NCBI GenBank assembly: GCA_036149055.1
Contig: JAYZQJ010000069.1
Location: 64,001-128,000 of the forward strand
Direction: 5' to 3'
Source: Myxococcota bacterium
GTDB lineage: Bacteria; Myxococcota_A; Polyangia; Polyangiales; Sandaracinaceae
DNA: 64,000 bases
The translations under genes and the position numbers were made by a program. How positions within the stretch are numbered: the first letter of the stretch is position 1; each line of letters opens with the position of its first letter. Positions 10,018 through 23,079 of the stretch are shown here, piece after piece. A model generated the notes under the pieces. It did not search any database and was not told where the DNA came from. It saw only the letters and a list, made by a program, of their open reading frames with translations.

Positions 10018-11214
10018 CTAATGACGCGTGGGCTCGGTCTCGTCGAGGGAGAGCGCGTCCATCTCACCGGAGCGGCGCACGGCGTCCTCGTCGCTGACGA
10101 GGAGCTGCTCGACCACCTCGAGGCCGTAGCCCTCGAGGCCGGCGATCCGGCGCGGCTTGTTGGTGAGCAGGCGGATGCGCCTGAGGCCCAGATCGCGCAG
10201 CACCTGCGCGCCGAGCCCGTACTCGCGGAGCACCTCGCCCTGCTCGAGCGGCGGGCGCTGCACCTTCTGGCCGGTGCGCATCGCGAGGTCGGCCTCGAGG
10301 TCGACGGTGAACGGCGGGATGAAGACGATGACGCCCTTCCCCTCCTCCTCCACGCGGTCGATCACGTCGCGCATCACGACCCGGCCGCGGGTGCGCACAC
10401 CGAAGACGTCGCCGAGCACGCTCGCGGTGTGCATGCGGACGAGGGTCGGGCTCTCGTCGAGCTCCCCGAGGCGGAGCGCGAGGAACTGCCGCTCCCCCTC
10501 CGGCGAGCCGTAGGTGGTGGCCTGCCAGGTGCGGCCGCTCGGCAGCGTCACCTCGGCCTCGCTCAGCCGCTGGATCATCTGCTCGTGCTGGAGCCGGAAC
10601 TGGATGAGGTCGGCGATGCTGAGGATGCGGAGCGAGTGGGTGTCGGCGAAGCGCACCAGGTCGGGCATGCGCGCCATGGTCCCGTCCTCGTTCATGATCT
10701 CGCAGATGACCCCGGCGGGGCCGAGGCCCGCGAGGCTCGCGAGGTCCACCGAGCCCTCGGTGTGGCCGGTGCGCTGGAGCACCCCGCCCGGCTTGGCGCG
10801 GAGCGGGAAGATGTGCCCGGGGCTCACGATGTCGCTCGGGCGGGCGTCGGGGCGCACCGCGGTGAGCACGGTGTGGGCGCGGTCGGCGGCGCTGATCCCG
10901 GTGGTCACGCCCTCGGCCGCCTCGATCGAGATGGTGAACGCGGTCGAGCGGGACGAGCGGTTGGCCGGGGCCATCATCGGCAGATCCAGCTGGCTCACCC
11001 GCTCTTCGGTCAGCGCCAGGCAGATCAGGCCGCGCCCGTAGCGCGCCATGAAGTTGATGGTCTCCGGCGTGACCTTCTCGGCCGCCATCACGAGGTCGCC
11101 CTCGTTCTCGCGGTCCTCGTCGTCGACGAGGATCACCATCCGGCCGGCGCGGATGTCCTCGAGCGCGCGGTGCACGCGCTCGATCGCGTCGAGTCGAGTC
11201 TCGCGGGTGGCCAC
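10018..11214 (-). CDS. ribB: DHBP synthase fused to degenerate GTP cyclohydrolase II-like domain (RibBX type)
   Basis: [25 protein letters not shown]-terminal domain lacks the Zn-binding cysteines. Confidence 0.93.
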   Translation of the reverse strand: MATRETRLDAIERVHRALEDIRAGRMVILVDDEDRENEGDLVMAAEKVTPETINFMARYGRGLICLALTEERVSQLDLPMMAPANRSSRSTAFTISIEAAEGVTTGISAADRAHTVLTAVRPDARPSDIVSPGHIFPLRAKPGGVLQRTGHTEGSVDLASLAGLGPAGVICEIMNEDGTMARMPDLVRFADTHSLRILSIADLIQFRLQHEQMIQRLSEAEVTLPSGRTWQATTYGSPEGERQFLALRLGELDESPTLVRMHTASVLGDVFGVRTRGRVVMRDVIDRVEEEGKGVIVFIPPFTVDLEADLAMRTGQKVQRPPLEQGEVLREYGLGAQVLRDLGLRRIRLLTNKPRRIAGLEGYGLEVVEQLLVSDEDAVRRSGEMDALSLDETEPTRH

Positions 11215-11253
11215 GGGCCCTACATAGCTTCGGCCCCCCTCGCGTGCCAGGCG

Positions 11254-12339
11254 TCAGCGCGCGAGCGCGCCCTCGAAGAGGACGTCGTCGCCGAGCTGAC
11301 GGACCTTCGGGCGGACGAGCCGCCAGCCCTCCGCGATCGACGCGAGCGGGCCCACCGCGGCCAGCGGGCGCGCCTCGGGGTCGCCCGTGATCTTGGGGGC
11401 CACGAACACCGCCGCCGCCTGCACGAGGTCGGCCCGGAGGAGCGCGCCGTGCACCCGGCCGCCGCCCTCGACGAGGAGGCGCACGACGTCGCGCGCGCCG
11501 AGCGCCTTCATCGCGGCGGTGGGGTCGACGTGGCCGCCGGCGGTGGGGACCTCGAGCAGGGTCGCGCCCGACAGCGCGGCGCGGCGCTCGGCCGGGGCGT
11601 CGGGGCCGTGCAGGATCCAGGTCGGCGCGGCCGAGCGCTGGGTGAGCAGCTTCGCGGTCGGCGAGGTGCGCAGGTGCGTGTCGAGCACCACCCGGATGGG
11701 GTCGCGCCCTTCGACGTGGCGCACGGTCAGAGAGGGGTCGTCGGCGAGGACCGTCTCGACGCCCACGAGCACCGCGTCGGCCCGGTCCCGCAGCCGGTGG
11801 GCCTCGGCCCGCGCCGGCTCGCCGGTGATCCACTGGCTGTCGCCCGAGGCGGTGGCGATGCGCCCGTCGAGCGTCACCGCCGCCTTGAGGATCACGTAGG
11901 GCAGGCCGGTGGAGATGTGGCGGCTGAAGTCCGCGATGAGATCGCGCGCGTCGTCCTCGCAGACGCCGACCTCGACCTCGACGCCCGCGGCCCGCAGCTT
12001 CTCGACCGCGCCCGGCACGTGCGGCGCCGGATCCGCGCAGCCGATCACCACCCGGGCGAAGCCGGCCTCGAGGATCGCGTCGGTGCACGGCGGGGTGCGG
12101 CCGAAGTGGTTGCAGGGCTCGAGCGTGCAGTAGAGCGTCGCCCCCGCGGTGTCGCCGGCCGCGTTCCGGATCGCCGCGACCTCCGCGTGCGCCTCGCCGG
12201 CCCGCTCGTGATGGCCGACCGCGACCACCCGGTCTTCGCGCGCCACCACCGCGCCGACGTGCGGGTTGGGGCTCGGCCGACCCTGGCGCGCCGCCTCGAG
12301 CGCGCGCTGCATCATCGCGACGTCCCGGGGAGCGCTCAC
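11254..12339 (-). CDS. ribD: Riboflavin biosynthesis deaminase/reductase RibD
   Basis: [34 protein letters not shown]. Confidence 0.97.
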   Translation of the reverse strand: MSAPRDVAMMQRALEAARQGRPSPNPHVGAVVAREDRVVAVGHHERAGEAHAEVAAIRNAAGDTAGATLYCTLEPCNHFGRTPPCTDAILEAGFARVVIGCADPAPHVPGAVEKLRAAGVEVEVGVCEDDARDLIADFSRHISTGLPYVILKAAVTLDGRIATASGDSQWITGEPARAEAHRLRDRADAVLVGVETVLADDPSLTVRHVEGRDPIRVVLDTHLRTSPTAKLLTQRSAAPTWILHGPDAPAERRAALSGATLLEVPTAGGHVDPTAAMKALGARDVVRLLVEGGGRVHGALLRADLVQAAAVFVAPKITGDPEARPLAAVGPLASIAEGWRLVRPKVRQLGDDVLFEGALAR

Positions 12340-12803
12340 GCGCGTCCTCGGGGGTCGCCGAGCAGGTCGCTCAGCTCCGCCATGAACTCGTGGATGTCCT
12401 TGAAGGAGCGATAGACGCTCGCGAACCGGACGTAGGCGACCTGATCGAGATCGCGGAGGCCGTCCATGATGCGCTCGCCGACCTGCGAGCTCGGGACCTC
12501 CTTCTCACCGGTCTCGACCATGGCGCGCTCGATCCGATCGACGAGCGACTCGAGCTGCTCCGCCGAGACCGGGCGCTTCTCGCACGCGCGGCGAAGGCCG
12601 CCGAGGATCTTCATGCGATCGAAGGGCTCGCGTCTGCCGTCCTTCTTGATGACGTACGGCAGCACCTGCTCCACCCGCTCGTAGGTGGTGTAGCGACGGT
12701 CGCAGCCCTCGCACTCCCGTCGGCGTCGCGTCACTTCGCCGCCCTGCGAGAGGCGGGAGTCGATCACCCGGTTGTCGAGGGTGCCGCAGAAAGGGCACTT
12801 CAT
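12336..12803 (-). CDS. nrdR: Transcriptional repressor NrdR
   Basis: [22 protein letters not shown] cone, [10 protein letters not shown]. Confidence 0.98.
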   Translation of the reverse strand: MKCPFCGTLDNRVIDSRLSQGGEVTRRRRECEGCDRRYTTYERVEQVLPYVIKKDGRREPFDRMKILGGLRRACEKRPVSAEQLESLVDRIERAMVETGEKEVPSSQVGERIMDGLRDLDQVAYVRFASVYRSFKDIHEFMAELSDLLGDPRGRA

Positions 12804-12820
12804 GGCGCGCGGACCCTAGC

Positions 12821-14083
12821 TCATGCCCTCTCGAGACGCACCACGCACTCGAGGTGCGCGGTCTGCGGGAACATGTCGAGCGCGATCGCGTCCGTGATCG
12901 TGTAGCCGGCGTCCGAGAGCTGCTTCAGATCGCGCCCGAGCGTGGGCGGGTCGCAGGACACGTAGACGATCTCGGGCACCCCGAGCCGGACCAGCCGCTT
13001 CACCGCGCCGGGCGCGCCGGTCCGCGGGGGATCGATGACCGCGACCTGGGGCGGCGACGGCGCGCGGTAGGACTCGGCGTCGTCGGTCCGCACGGTCGCC
13101 TCGAGGCCGCGCGCCCGGAGGTTCTCGCGGCAGGCCTCGGCCGCCGCCTCGTCGAGCTCGATCGCCACCACGCTCTCCGCCTCGCGGGCGAGCGCGACGG
13201 TGAGGTTGCCGTGCCCGCAGAACAGCTCGAGCACGCTGCGAGCGGCCGGCCGCGCCAGCTCGACGACCCGGCCGACGAGCGCTCGGTTCACCTCGTCGTT
13301 CGCCTGCGAGAAGCCGGCGACGGTGCCCCAGAGCGGCTCTCCGTCGGCCCCCTCGCGGCGCTCGCGCGGCTCTCCCCAGGTGGCGTCGGTGCTCGCGCCC
13401 CCCGCCCGCAGCGCGGCGCCGGCGAGCATGCCCTCGGCCACCAGGCTCTCGAGCAGACGGAACAGCTCGGGCGGCTGCGCGTCGTCGCTCCGCATCGCCA
13501 CCACCGCGCGCTCACCCTCGCCCATCGCGAGGTGCAGCTCGCCCTTGCCCGCGAGGTGCCCCGCGACCGCGCGCCGGACGTCGCGGAAGCCGCGATCGAT
13601 CACCGGGTGCAGCACCGCGCAGCCCCGGACGTCGGCCAGCTGATCGCTCCGCGGCGGGTGGTAGCCGAGGCGCAGGCCGCGCCCGCCGACCTGCCAGCCC
13701 ATGCGCGCGCGCATCCGGTAGCCGAGGGCCTCCTTGGCGCCGATCCAGCCGAGCAGCACGTCCTCGGCGCCCGGCAGCCCGGCGATGGCCTGCTCGAGCA
13801 GCCCTCGCTTGAACTTGGCCTGGAGCGGCGCGGTCGCGATCATCAGCGGGCAGCCGCCGCAGCGGCCGACGATGGGACAGGCCGGCTCGACCCGCTGGGT
13901 GCTCGAGTCGAGGACCCGCGCGCGGTCGGCCCGCAGCGCCCCGCCTTGCTTCTTCACCCGCTCGAGCGTGACCCGCTCGCCCGGCAGCACGCCCGGCGCG
14001 AACACCAGCCCCTGCTCCGTCTTGACCACCCCCTCCCCGAAGCGGGAGAGGTCGCGGACCGTGCCTTCCAGGGACTCGTTCAA
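12821..14083 (-). CDS. rlmD: 23S rRNA m5U methyltransferase (RlmD/TrmA family)
   Basis: TRAM domain, CPIVGRCGGC, FSQAN, ELFCGHGN, DPPRTG, YVSC, DMFPQTAHLE. Confidence 0.9.
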   Translation of the reverse strand: MNESLEGTVRDLSRFGEGVVKTEQGLVFAPGVLPGERVTLERVKKQGGALRADRARVLDSSTQRVEPACPIVGRCGGCPLMIATAPLQAKFKRGLLEQAIAGLPGAEDVLLGWIGAKEALGYRMRARMGWQVGGRGLRLGYHPPRSDQLADVRGCAVLHPVIDRGFRDVRRAVAGHLAGKGELHLAMGEGERAVVAMRSDDAQPPELFRLLESLVAEGMLAGAALRAGGASTDATWGEPRERREGADGEPLWGTVAGFSQANDEVNRALVGRVVELARPAARSVLELFCGHGNLTVALAREAESVVAIELDEAAAEACRENLRARGLEATVRTDDAESYRAPSPPQVAVIDPPRTGAPGAVKRLVRLGVPEIVYVSCDPPTLGRDLKQLSDAGYTITDAIALDMFPQTAHLECVVRLERA

Positions 14084-14093
14084 GGCGCCTCGA

Positions 14094-14726
14094 TCAGGGG
14101 AAGCGCTGCGCCGGCGCGCCGCGCTGTTGGAAGAAGGAGAAGGTACCCGAGAGCGTCGCCGCGCGTCCCTCGGGATCGTCGCGGTCGGTGAACGTCACGT
14201 TCAGCAGCTCCGCCTCGACCAGGGTATCGCCCGGCTCGAGGTCGGGCGCGTAGATGCTGTCGAAGCGGATCTGCCCGCCGACCGCCTCCATCACCACCGG
14301 CGGGAGGCGATGGTCGCTCGGGAACCCGCTCGGGCAAGCCTCGTTCAGGTAGAACGACATCTGGACGAGCGCGAGGTGGTCGGCCTCCACCGGGATCGGG
14401 AGCCCGAGCCGGTTCTGCTTCACCTCGTTGACGTCCCGCACGTGGATGGCGAGGCCGTCGGCGTGCTGCTCCAGATCGGAGCCTCGCTGGACCCGGATGT
14501 TGAGCCAGCCCCCGGTGACCTCGCCGCCGAAGAAGCTCGGCTCGAGGGAGTAGGCGTCGTCGTCGATGCCGCACTCGAGCGCGCGCACCGATCCGGTCAG
14601 CTCTCCCTGGCCCTGGCCGACCGAGCAGCCGAGCGCGCCCAGCACCACGCACGCGGACAGCACGCACGCGCGCAGGCCGGGGGAGTGGCCCCGGTCGAGC
14701 CGCCAGTCAGTTCGCGAGGAGTCCAC
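14094..14726 (-). CDS. Hypothetical lipoprotein
   Basis: LGALGC lipobox; C-terminal FQQRGAPAQRFP; start uncertain. Confidence 0.7.
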   Translation of the reverse strand: MDSSRTDWRLDRGHSPGLRACVLSACVVLGALGCSVGQGQGELTGSVRALECGIDDDAYSLEPSFFGGEVTGGWLNIRVQRGSDLEQHADGLAIHVRDVNEVKQNRLGLPIPVEADHLALVQMSFYLNEACPSGFPSDHRLPPVVMEAVGGQIRFDSIYAPDLEPGDTLVEAELLNVTFTDRDDPEGRAATLSGTFSFFQQRGAPAQRFP

Positions 14727-15774
14727 CGCCGATCACCTGCTCTCCACGGTACACCACCGCGGCCTGCCCCGGGGCGATGGCGCGCTGCGGCTCGTGGAAC
14801 CGCGCCTCGAAGCCGCCGGGGATGGGCGTGACCTGCGCGGGCGCGGCGCGGTGCCGGTAGCGGATCTGCACCTCGGCCTCGAACGGCGCGTCGGGCGCCT
14901 CGCCGGTCCAGATCACGGACTCGGCCCGCGCGCGCTCCGCAAAGAGCGCCTCCCGCGGGCCGACCACGACCTCCTCGGACTCCGGCACGATGCGCAGCAC
15001 GTACTTCGGTTCGCCCCCGCCCGCGAGCCCGAGGCCGCGGCGCTGGCCCACCGTGAAGCGATGCACGCCGTCGTGCGCCCCGAGGGCCTGCCCCGCCTCG
15101 TCGACGATCCCGCCTCGTCGCGCCTCGCCCGTCTCGCGGTCGACGAACCCGCCGACGTCCCCGTCGGGCACGAAGCAGAGCTCCTGCGAGTCGCCCTTGT
15201 CCCAGTTGGGCACGCCGAGCCGCCGGCCCTCCTCGCGCGTCCGGCCCTTCTCGAGGTCGCCGAGAGGCAGGATCAACCGCGACAGCACCTCGCCCGGAAC
15301 ACCGTAGAGGAAGTAACTCTGATCCTTCGTCCGATCGCGCCCACGGAGCAGGCGCGGCGCGCCGTCCGCGTCACGCTCGATCCGCGCGTAGTGTCCGGTG
15401 CAGACGTGCGCGCAGCCGAGCTCTTCGGCGATCTCGAGCAGCCGGCCGAGCTTCACCTGCTGATTGCAGTGCACGCAGGGGCTCGGCGTGCGGCCGGCGC
15501 GGTAGTCGGCGACGAAGGGGTCCACCACCTTCTCGCGGAAGTCCGCCCGCTCGTCGAAGACGTAGTGGGGCACGCCGAGGTGATCGCAGGTCAGGCGCGC
15601 GTCCTCGCGGTCCTCGGGGGCGCAGCATCGCCCCACCGCCTGCCCGGGCCCGGCGTCCCAGAGATGCAGGGTCACGCCCACGACCGGCACGCCTCGCTCG
15701 TGCAGCAGCGCGGCCGCCACCGAGGAGTCGACGCCGCCGCTCATGGCCACGAGCACCCGTCCGAGGTCCGACAT
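14707..15774 (-). CDS. mnmA: tRNA 2-thiouridylase MnmA
   Basis: AMSGGVDSS, TPSPCVHCN, TGHYAR, KDQSYFL, SQELCF, TVGQRRGL, APGQ. Confidence 0.97.
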   Translation of the reverse strand: MSDLGRVLVAMSGGVDSSVAAALLHERGVPVVGVTLHLWDAGPGQAVGRCCAPEDREDARLTCDHLGVPHYVFDERADFREKVVDPFVADYRAGRTPSPCVHCNQQVKLGRLLEIAEELGCAHVCTGHYARIERDADGAPRLLRGRDRTKDQSYFLYGVPGEVLSRLILPLGDLEKGRTREEGRRLGVPNWDKGDSQELCFVPDGDVGGFVDRETGEARRGGIVDEAGQALGAHDGVHRFTVGQRRGLGLAGGGEPKYVLRIVPESEEVVVGPREALFAERARAESVIWTGEAPDAPFEAEVQIRYRHRAAPAQVTPIPGGFEARFHEPQRAIAPGQAAVVYRGEQVIGGGLLAN

Positions 15775-16033
15775 GATCGCTGCGGTGTGACCACGCGCGG
15801 CGCGGTCGTCAAGCCCGACACTGAACAGACGTGGAGAACAATCACCCGAAAGGATCCTCTTCGTTCGTTTCGAGCGAACGCGTCGTACCCGAGAACCTCG
15901 AGTCGATTTTCGATCACATTCCGGGAGGTTGAGGATCGAACCGATCCTCCGCTCCAGCTCGCTCGCAGAAACCTCGAAATCGCTCGAACAGCCGAAATTC
16001 GTTTCGAGATAACGGCTTCGTTTCAAACGAAAG

Positions 16034-17149
16034 TCAGGCGGGACGTTTGCGCGGGATCACGTCGCGGAAGATGGCGATGGCGCGGTCGACGTCGTCGTCG
16101 GTGGTGGCCTCCCCGAGGCTCACGCGCAGGGCCGACGCGGCGCGCCACGGGGCGTCGGGGTACATCGCCGCGATCACCGGCGACGGCGCGTCGACCCCGC
16201 TCGAGCACGCCGCGCCGTGCGACACGCAGAGCCCCTCGAGGTCGAGCGCGGCGACGAGGCGCGAGCCGTTCCAGCCGGGCACCGCGACGTTGGTGACCGT
16301 GGCGACCCGCAAGCCCTCGCCGTTGACCGACGCGCCGAGGTCGACGAGCGCCGCCTCGAGCCGGTCGCGCCGCGCGGCCACGTCCGGCATCGCCGCGAGC
16401 CGCGCCGGCACCCTCTCCGCGGCCGCGCCGAAGCCCGCGAGCGCCGCCGGGTCGGGGCTGCCCGCGCGCCGGCCGCGCTCCTGCGCGCCCCCGACGAGCT
16501 GGGGGATCAACGCCGAGTCACGGCTGATCCACAGGGCGCCGGCCGCGGGCGGGCCGCCGATCTTCGACGACGCGAAGGCGACCGCGGTCGCGCCGAGCGC
16601 GCCGACGTCGACCTCGACCTTGCCGAGCGCCTGGGTCGCGTCGACCACCAGCGGCACCGAGGCGCGCCGCGCGACCTCCGCGTAGGCGGCGATGGGGAAG
16701 ACGGCGCCGGTCTCGTGCGAGACCCACTGCACGACCGCGAGCGAGGCTCCGTCGAGCGCCCGCTCGAACGCCTCGACCGAAGGCGGCCGCCCGGCGGGGA
16801 CGGCGAGCCAGCGGGTCTCTCCGCGCCGCGACGCCGCCTCCCGGGTGACGGCCGCTCTGGTGGCCGGGTGCTCGACCTCGGCGCACAGGATCGGACCCTC
16901 GCCCGCCGCGACGCCGGCGACCGCGAGGTTGCACGCCTCGGTGCCCCCGGCGGTGAACACGAGGTCCGCGGGCTGGGCGCCGATCGCCGCCGCGACCTGG
17001 GCCCGCGCCGCCTCGAGCACCGCCCGGGCCGCCCGCCCCGCCGCGTGCGCGCTCGCCGGGTTGGCCCACGCCTTCGCGCGCGCCGCCTCCATGGCCCGCA
17101 GGACCTCGGGCGCGGGAGGGCTCGCCGCGTGGTGGTCCAGGTAGATCAC
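16034..17149 (-). CDS. Cysteine desulfurase (IscS/NifS class)
   Basis: IYLDHHAASP, NPASAH, GGTEA, DATQALGK, PLP Lys in SSKIGGP, GAACSSG. Confidence 0.9.
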   Translation of the reverse strand: MIYLDHHAASPPAPEVLRAMEAARAKAWANPASAHAAGRAARAVLEAARAQVAAAIGAQPADLVFTAGGTEACNLAVAGVAAGEGPILCAEVEHPATRAAVTREAASRRGETRWLAVPAGRPPSVEAFERALDGASLAVVQWVSHETGAVFPIAAYAEVARRASVPLVVDATQALGKVEVDVGALGATAVAFASSKIGGPPAAGALWISRDSALIPQLVGGAQERGRRAGSPDPAALAGFGAAAERVPARLAAMPDVAARRDRLEAALVDLGASVNGEGLRVATVTNVAVPGWNGSRLVAALDLEGLCVSHGAACSSGVDAPSPVIAAMYPDAPWRAASALRVSLGEATTDDDVDRAIAIFRDVIPRKRPA

Positions 17150-18363
17150 GCGTCGCTGCCGGGCGGATGCGCGCACACGCGCAGGACCACCTCGGTGCCG
17201 CCGAGGGCGCAGCCCGCGATCTCGTGGCGGGGCGGCGCGTGGACCTCGACCCCGCCGCCCATCGCGTCGGCCACCCGGCGGGCGAAGGCGAGGCCCAGCC
17301 CGACGCCCCCGTACTCGCGGGTGACCGAGCCGTCGGCCTGGTAGAAGGGCTCGAGGATCTTGCCGATCTTCTCGGGCGGGATGCCCGGGCCGTCGTCGGC
17401 GACGCGCAGCTCGTAGGCGAGCTCGGCGCCCTCCCCGTGCCGCTCGATGCCGATGGCGACCGTGCCGCCCGGCTCGGAGAACTTCGCCGCGTTGTCGAGC
17501 ACGTGCACGATGGCGCGGCGCACCTTGTCGGGGTCGCCGGTCGCGTTGAGCCCCGCGGGCGCCGGCTCGATGTGGACCTCGAGCTTGCGCGCGTCGAGCC
17601 GGGGGCGCGCCTGCTCGATGGCCCGCGCCGCCACCCGCCCGAAGTCGTAGGGGCGGTTGTAGAAGTGCATGCGCCCGGTCTCGAGGCTGCTGACGTCGAG
17701 CAGGGTGTCGATGAGCCCGCGCAGCCGCTCGGTCGAGTCCTGCACGGCGGCGAGGCTCTTGGCCTGCATCGGGTTGAGCGGCCCGAGCTCCTCCCCGATC
17801 AGCAGCCGCAGGTAGCCGACGATCGGCGTCATCGGCGTGGCGAGCTCGTGGCTGAGGTTGCGCAGGAACTCGCGGCGCAGGTGCATCATCTCCTCGAGCC
17901 GCGCGTTCGCCTCCGACAGCTCCACCACCTTGCGCTCGAGGCGCTCGACGATGCGGGTGCCGGCGATGCGGAGCTGCTGCGACGCCCGGGTCCGGAGCCG
18001 CTCCTTGTGGCCCTTCAGGAACCGCGCGATCTGCTTGGCGAAGCGGCCCGCGTCGATGGGCTTCTCGAGGAAGCCGTCGGCGCCGACCGCGAGGCTGATC
18101 TCGCGGTCCCCCTCGGCGGTGATCGCCACGATGGGCACCCCGTCGAGGGACTTCATGCCGCGCAGGCGCAGCGTGACCTCGTAGCCGTCGAGGTCGGGGA
18201 TGTTGACGTCGACCAGCACGAGGTCGGGGGCGGTCTCGCGCGCGAGCCGCACGCCCTCGAGCCCGCCCTCGGCGTCGATGACCTCGTGCCCGGCCGCCGC
18301 CAGCAGCTTGCGCACGAGGAGCCGGTTCTTCGGGTCGTCTTCGATGTGGAGGATGCGCGCCAC
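17146..18363 (-). CDS. Cytoplasmic receiver-histidine kinase hybrid (REC-HisKA-HATPase)
   Basis: IEDD/LVD receiver, SHELATP, NAAKF, DDGPGI, GVGLGL. Confidence 0.95.
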   Translation of the reverse strand: MARILHIEDDPKNRLLVRKLLAAAGHEVIDAEGGLEGVRLARETAPDLVLVDVNIPDLDGYEVTLRLRGMKSLDGVPIVAITAEGDREISLAVGADGFLEKPIDAGRFAKQIARFLKGHKERLRTRASQQLRIAGTRIVERLERKVVELSEANARLEEMMHLRREFLRNLSHELATPMTPIVGYLRLLIGEELGPLNPMQAKSLAAVQDSTERLRGLIDTLLDVSSLETGRMHFYNRPYDFGRVAARAIEQARPRLDARKLEVHIEPAPAGLNATGDPDKVRRAIVHVLDNAAKFSEPGGTVAIGIERHGEGAELAYELRVADDGPGIPPEKIGKILEPFYQADGSVTREYGGVGLGLAFARRVADAMGGGVEVHAPPRHEIAGCALGGTEVVLRVCAHPPGSDA

Positions 18364-18455
18364 GGCCGCGGAGTCTAGGCGCTGCGGGGCGGGGCCGCGA
18401 CATCGCTCCTCGGGGAGGCTCGCTGCAGCGCCCCGGGGCTTGACCTGTACGGCGC

Positions 18456-19889
18456 GTGCTGAAACAAGGCGTCATGGTCGATGACCTCGGCGCGCGGCTG
18501 GTGCAGGCCGGGCTCGTCACCCGGAGCCAGGTGGCCGAGGTGCGTGGCGCCGCGCCGTTGCACGAGGGCGCGCTGGTGCTCGGGCTCGCCGAGCGCGGCC
18601 TGAGCGAGGACGCCCTCGCCGGCTTCTTCGTCGCGCTCGGCTACGGCCCGCTGATGGACGCCGCCGACCTGGGAGGCGCCGAGCCCGGCGCGCTGGCCAA
18701 GGTCCCCGCGTCCATGGCTCATGGCCTCCGCGCGCTCCCGATCCGGCAGAGCGCCGCCGGCCTGATCGTCGCGATGGCCGCGCCGACCGATCGCCACGCG
18801 GTGAACGAGCTCGCCCGGGCGGTGGGCGCGGACGTGTTGCCGACGGTCGCGCGCGTCGGCGACCTCCGCGCCGCGCTCCGCCGGGCCTACCCGAACGCGC
18901 CCTCGACCGACCCGCCGCACGTGCAGGACTCCGAGCCGCCGGTGCTCGAGCTGACCCAGGTGCGGCGCACGGGGCGCCCGTCCGGTGGCGACGGCTTCGG
19001 GGGCAGCACGCGGGGCGCCGACCGGGTCGAGGCGCGGGCGCTGCTCGGGCCGCGCGTGGTCAGCGACGACGACGACGGCTTCGTGCCGCTCGTCCGCACG
19101 AAGCCGGTGAGCGCGCCGCCCCGCAGCCCGGCTCCCTCCAGCACCGCGCCCCCCTCCGGCAGCGCGCCGTCGTCGACCCCGCCCCGCAAGCGCTCGATCA
19201 CGGCGAACTTCGAGCGCCCGCTCGGAGGCCGCGCGGTCGTGCCGGTGGGCCCCTCGTCCACGCCGCCGACCGCGACCGGCACGCCCCCGCCCGAGGCGGC
19301 CCGCAGCATCATCCCGCCCGAGCACGCCAGCTGGGATCTCGAGGCCCCCGAGAACAAGATCGATCCCACCAAGCTGAAGCGCCTCGCGAGTCGCCCGCCC
19401 ACGCGGCCGAGCCAGCCGGTGGCGATCGGCGGCACCCTCTCCGCCATCCGCGCGAGCCGCGACCGAGACGAGGTGGTCGAGCTCGCCTGTCAGGGCGCGT
19501 TGACCATCTCGCGGGCCGCCATCCTGCTCGCGCTGCGCAGGGGCGTCTTGAAGGGCTGGGACGGCGCGGGGGCCGGGCTCTCGCGCGACGCGGTGCGCAA
19601 CCTCTGGCTCCCGACGAGCAGCCCCTCGATGTTCCGCGAGGTGCTCCAGACCGGCGAGCCTCACGTCGGCGAGCCGGGTCAGAGCGCGGCCGACGGCCTG
19701 TTCCGCGCGGCGGTGGGTGGCCGCGGCGGCGACGTGGTGCTGATGCCGGTCGGCGTGGGCGGCAAGGTCGTCGCGATCCTCGCGGCGGACGACGTCGGCT
19801 TCGGCTCGGTCGGCGTCGAGCGGATCGAGATCCTCTCCCGCGCCATCGGCGAGGCGTTCGAGCGCATCATCGTGCAGCGCAAGCGGTGA
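18456..19889 (+). CDS. MshEN/GspE-N-terminal domain protein with Pro/Ser linker and C-terminal GAF-like domain
   Basis: LGARLVQAGLVTRSQV, LIVAMAAP; no ATPase motifs. Confidence 0.7.
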   Translation: MLKQGVMVDDLGARLVQAGLVTRSQVAEVRGAAPLHEGALVLGLAERGLSEDALAGFFVALGYGPLMDAADLGGAEPGALAKVPASMAHGLRALPIRQSAAGLIVAMAAPTDRHAVNELARAVGADVLPTVARVGDLRAALRRAYPNAPSTDPPHVQDSEPPVLELTQVRRTGRPSGGDGFGGSTRGADRVEARALLGPRVVSDDDDGFVPLVRTKPVSAPPRSPAPSSTAPPSGSAPSSTPPRKRSITANFERPLGGRAVVPVGPSSTPPTATGTPPPEAARSIIPPEHASWDLEAPENKIDPTKLKRLASRPPTRPSQPVAIGGTLSAIRASRDRDEVVELACQGALTISRAAILLALRRGVLKGWDGAGAGLSRDAVRNLWLPTSSPSMFREVLQTGEPHVGEPGQSAADGLFRAAVGGRGGDVVLMPVGVGGKVVAILAADDVGFGSVGVERIEILSRAIGEAFERIIVQRKR

Positions 19890-19933
19890 GCGGCGCCGCC
19901 CCCGCCTCCCGAGCGCCGCCTCCCGAGCGCCGG

Positions 19934-20913
19934 TCACACGTCGAGGCCGAAGCGCGCCAGCAGGCGGGCCGCGGCCTGGGTGGGCGGCGTCGTGCCGTCG
20001 CGCACCGCCGCCTCCAGGGACGGCGCGAGCGCCGCGACCTCGGGGTGGCTGCGCAACCGGCTCGACAGCTCGTGCTCGACCGCGCGCCACATCCACTGCG
20101 CCGCCTGATCGGCGCGCATGCGCTCGAGCGCGCCCGTCTCCTCGAGGGCGGAGCGGTGCGCCTCGACCCGCGCCCAGAGCCCCGGCACGCCGTCGCCGGT
20201 CAGCGCGCTGACGCAGCGCACCTCGGGGGACCACTCCGGGTGGATCGGCGTCAGGTAGCGCAGCGCGCCCTCGTACTGCTTGCGGGCGCGCTCGGCCGCG
20301 GGCTTCGCGTCGCCGTCCGCCTTGTTGATGGCGATCAGGTCGGCGAGCTCCACGATGCCGCGCTTGATGCCCTGCAGCTCGTCGCCGGCGTTGGGGAGCA
20401 TCAGGACGAGGAAGCAGTCCACCATCGCCGCGACCTCGGTCTCGCTCTGCCCGACGCCGACCGTCTCCACGAGGACCACGTCGTAGCCGCCGGCCTCGCA
20501 CACCAGGATCGACTCCCGGGTCTTGCGGGCCACCCCGCCGAGCGCGCCCTGGCTCGGGCTCGGCCGGACGAAGGCCCGCGGGTCGCGCGAGAGGCGGGCC
20601 ATGCGGGTCTTGTCCCCGAGGATCGAGCCTCCGCTCCGCCCGCTCGTCGGATCCACCGCCAGCACCGCGACCCGCCGCCCGGCCTCGAGCAGGTGCATGC
20701 CGAGCGCGTCGATGAACGTGCTCTTGCCGACCCCGGGCACGCCGGTGATGCCGACGCGGATGGCCCCACCGGTGTCCGGGAGCAGGCGCGCCAGGAGATC
20801 CTGGGCGAGCTCGCGGTGCCGGCGCAGGTCGCTCTCGACCAGGGTGAGCGCGCGGCCGAGCACCGCGCGTCGCTGCGTCCTCACGCCCTCGACGTAGGCG
20901 TCGAGGTCGAGCT

Positions 20914-20917
<4 letters not shown>
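19934..20917 (-). CDS. meaB: Methylmalonyl-CoA mutase-associated GTPase MeaB
   Basis: [41 protein letters not shown]. Confidence 0.96.

Positions 20918-23075
<2,158 letters not shown>

Positions 23076-23079
<4 letters not shown>

Noticed and set aside
15775..16026. N-terminal extension of MnmA in the ORF track
   Set aside because: Atypical composition; homology begins at MSDLGRVLVAMSGG.
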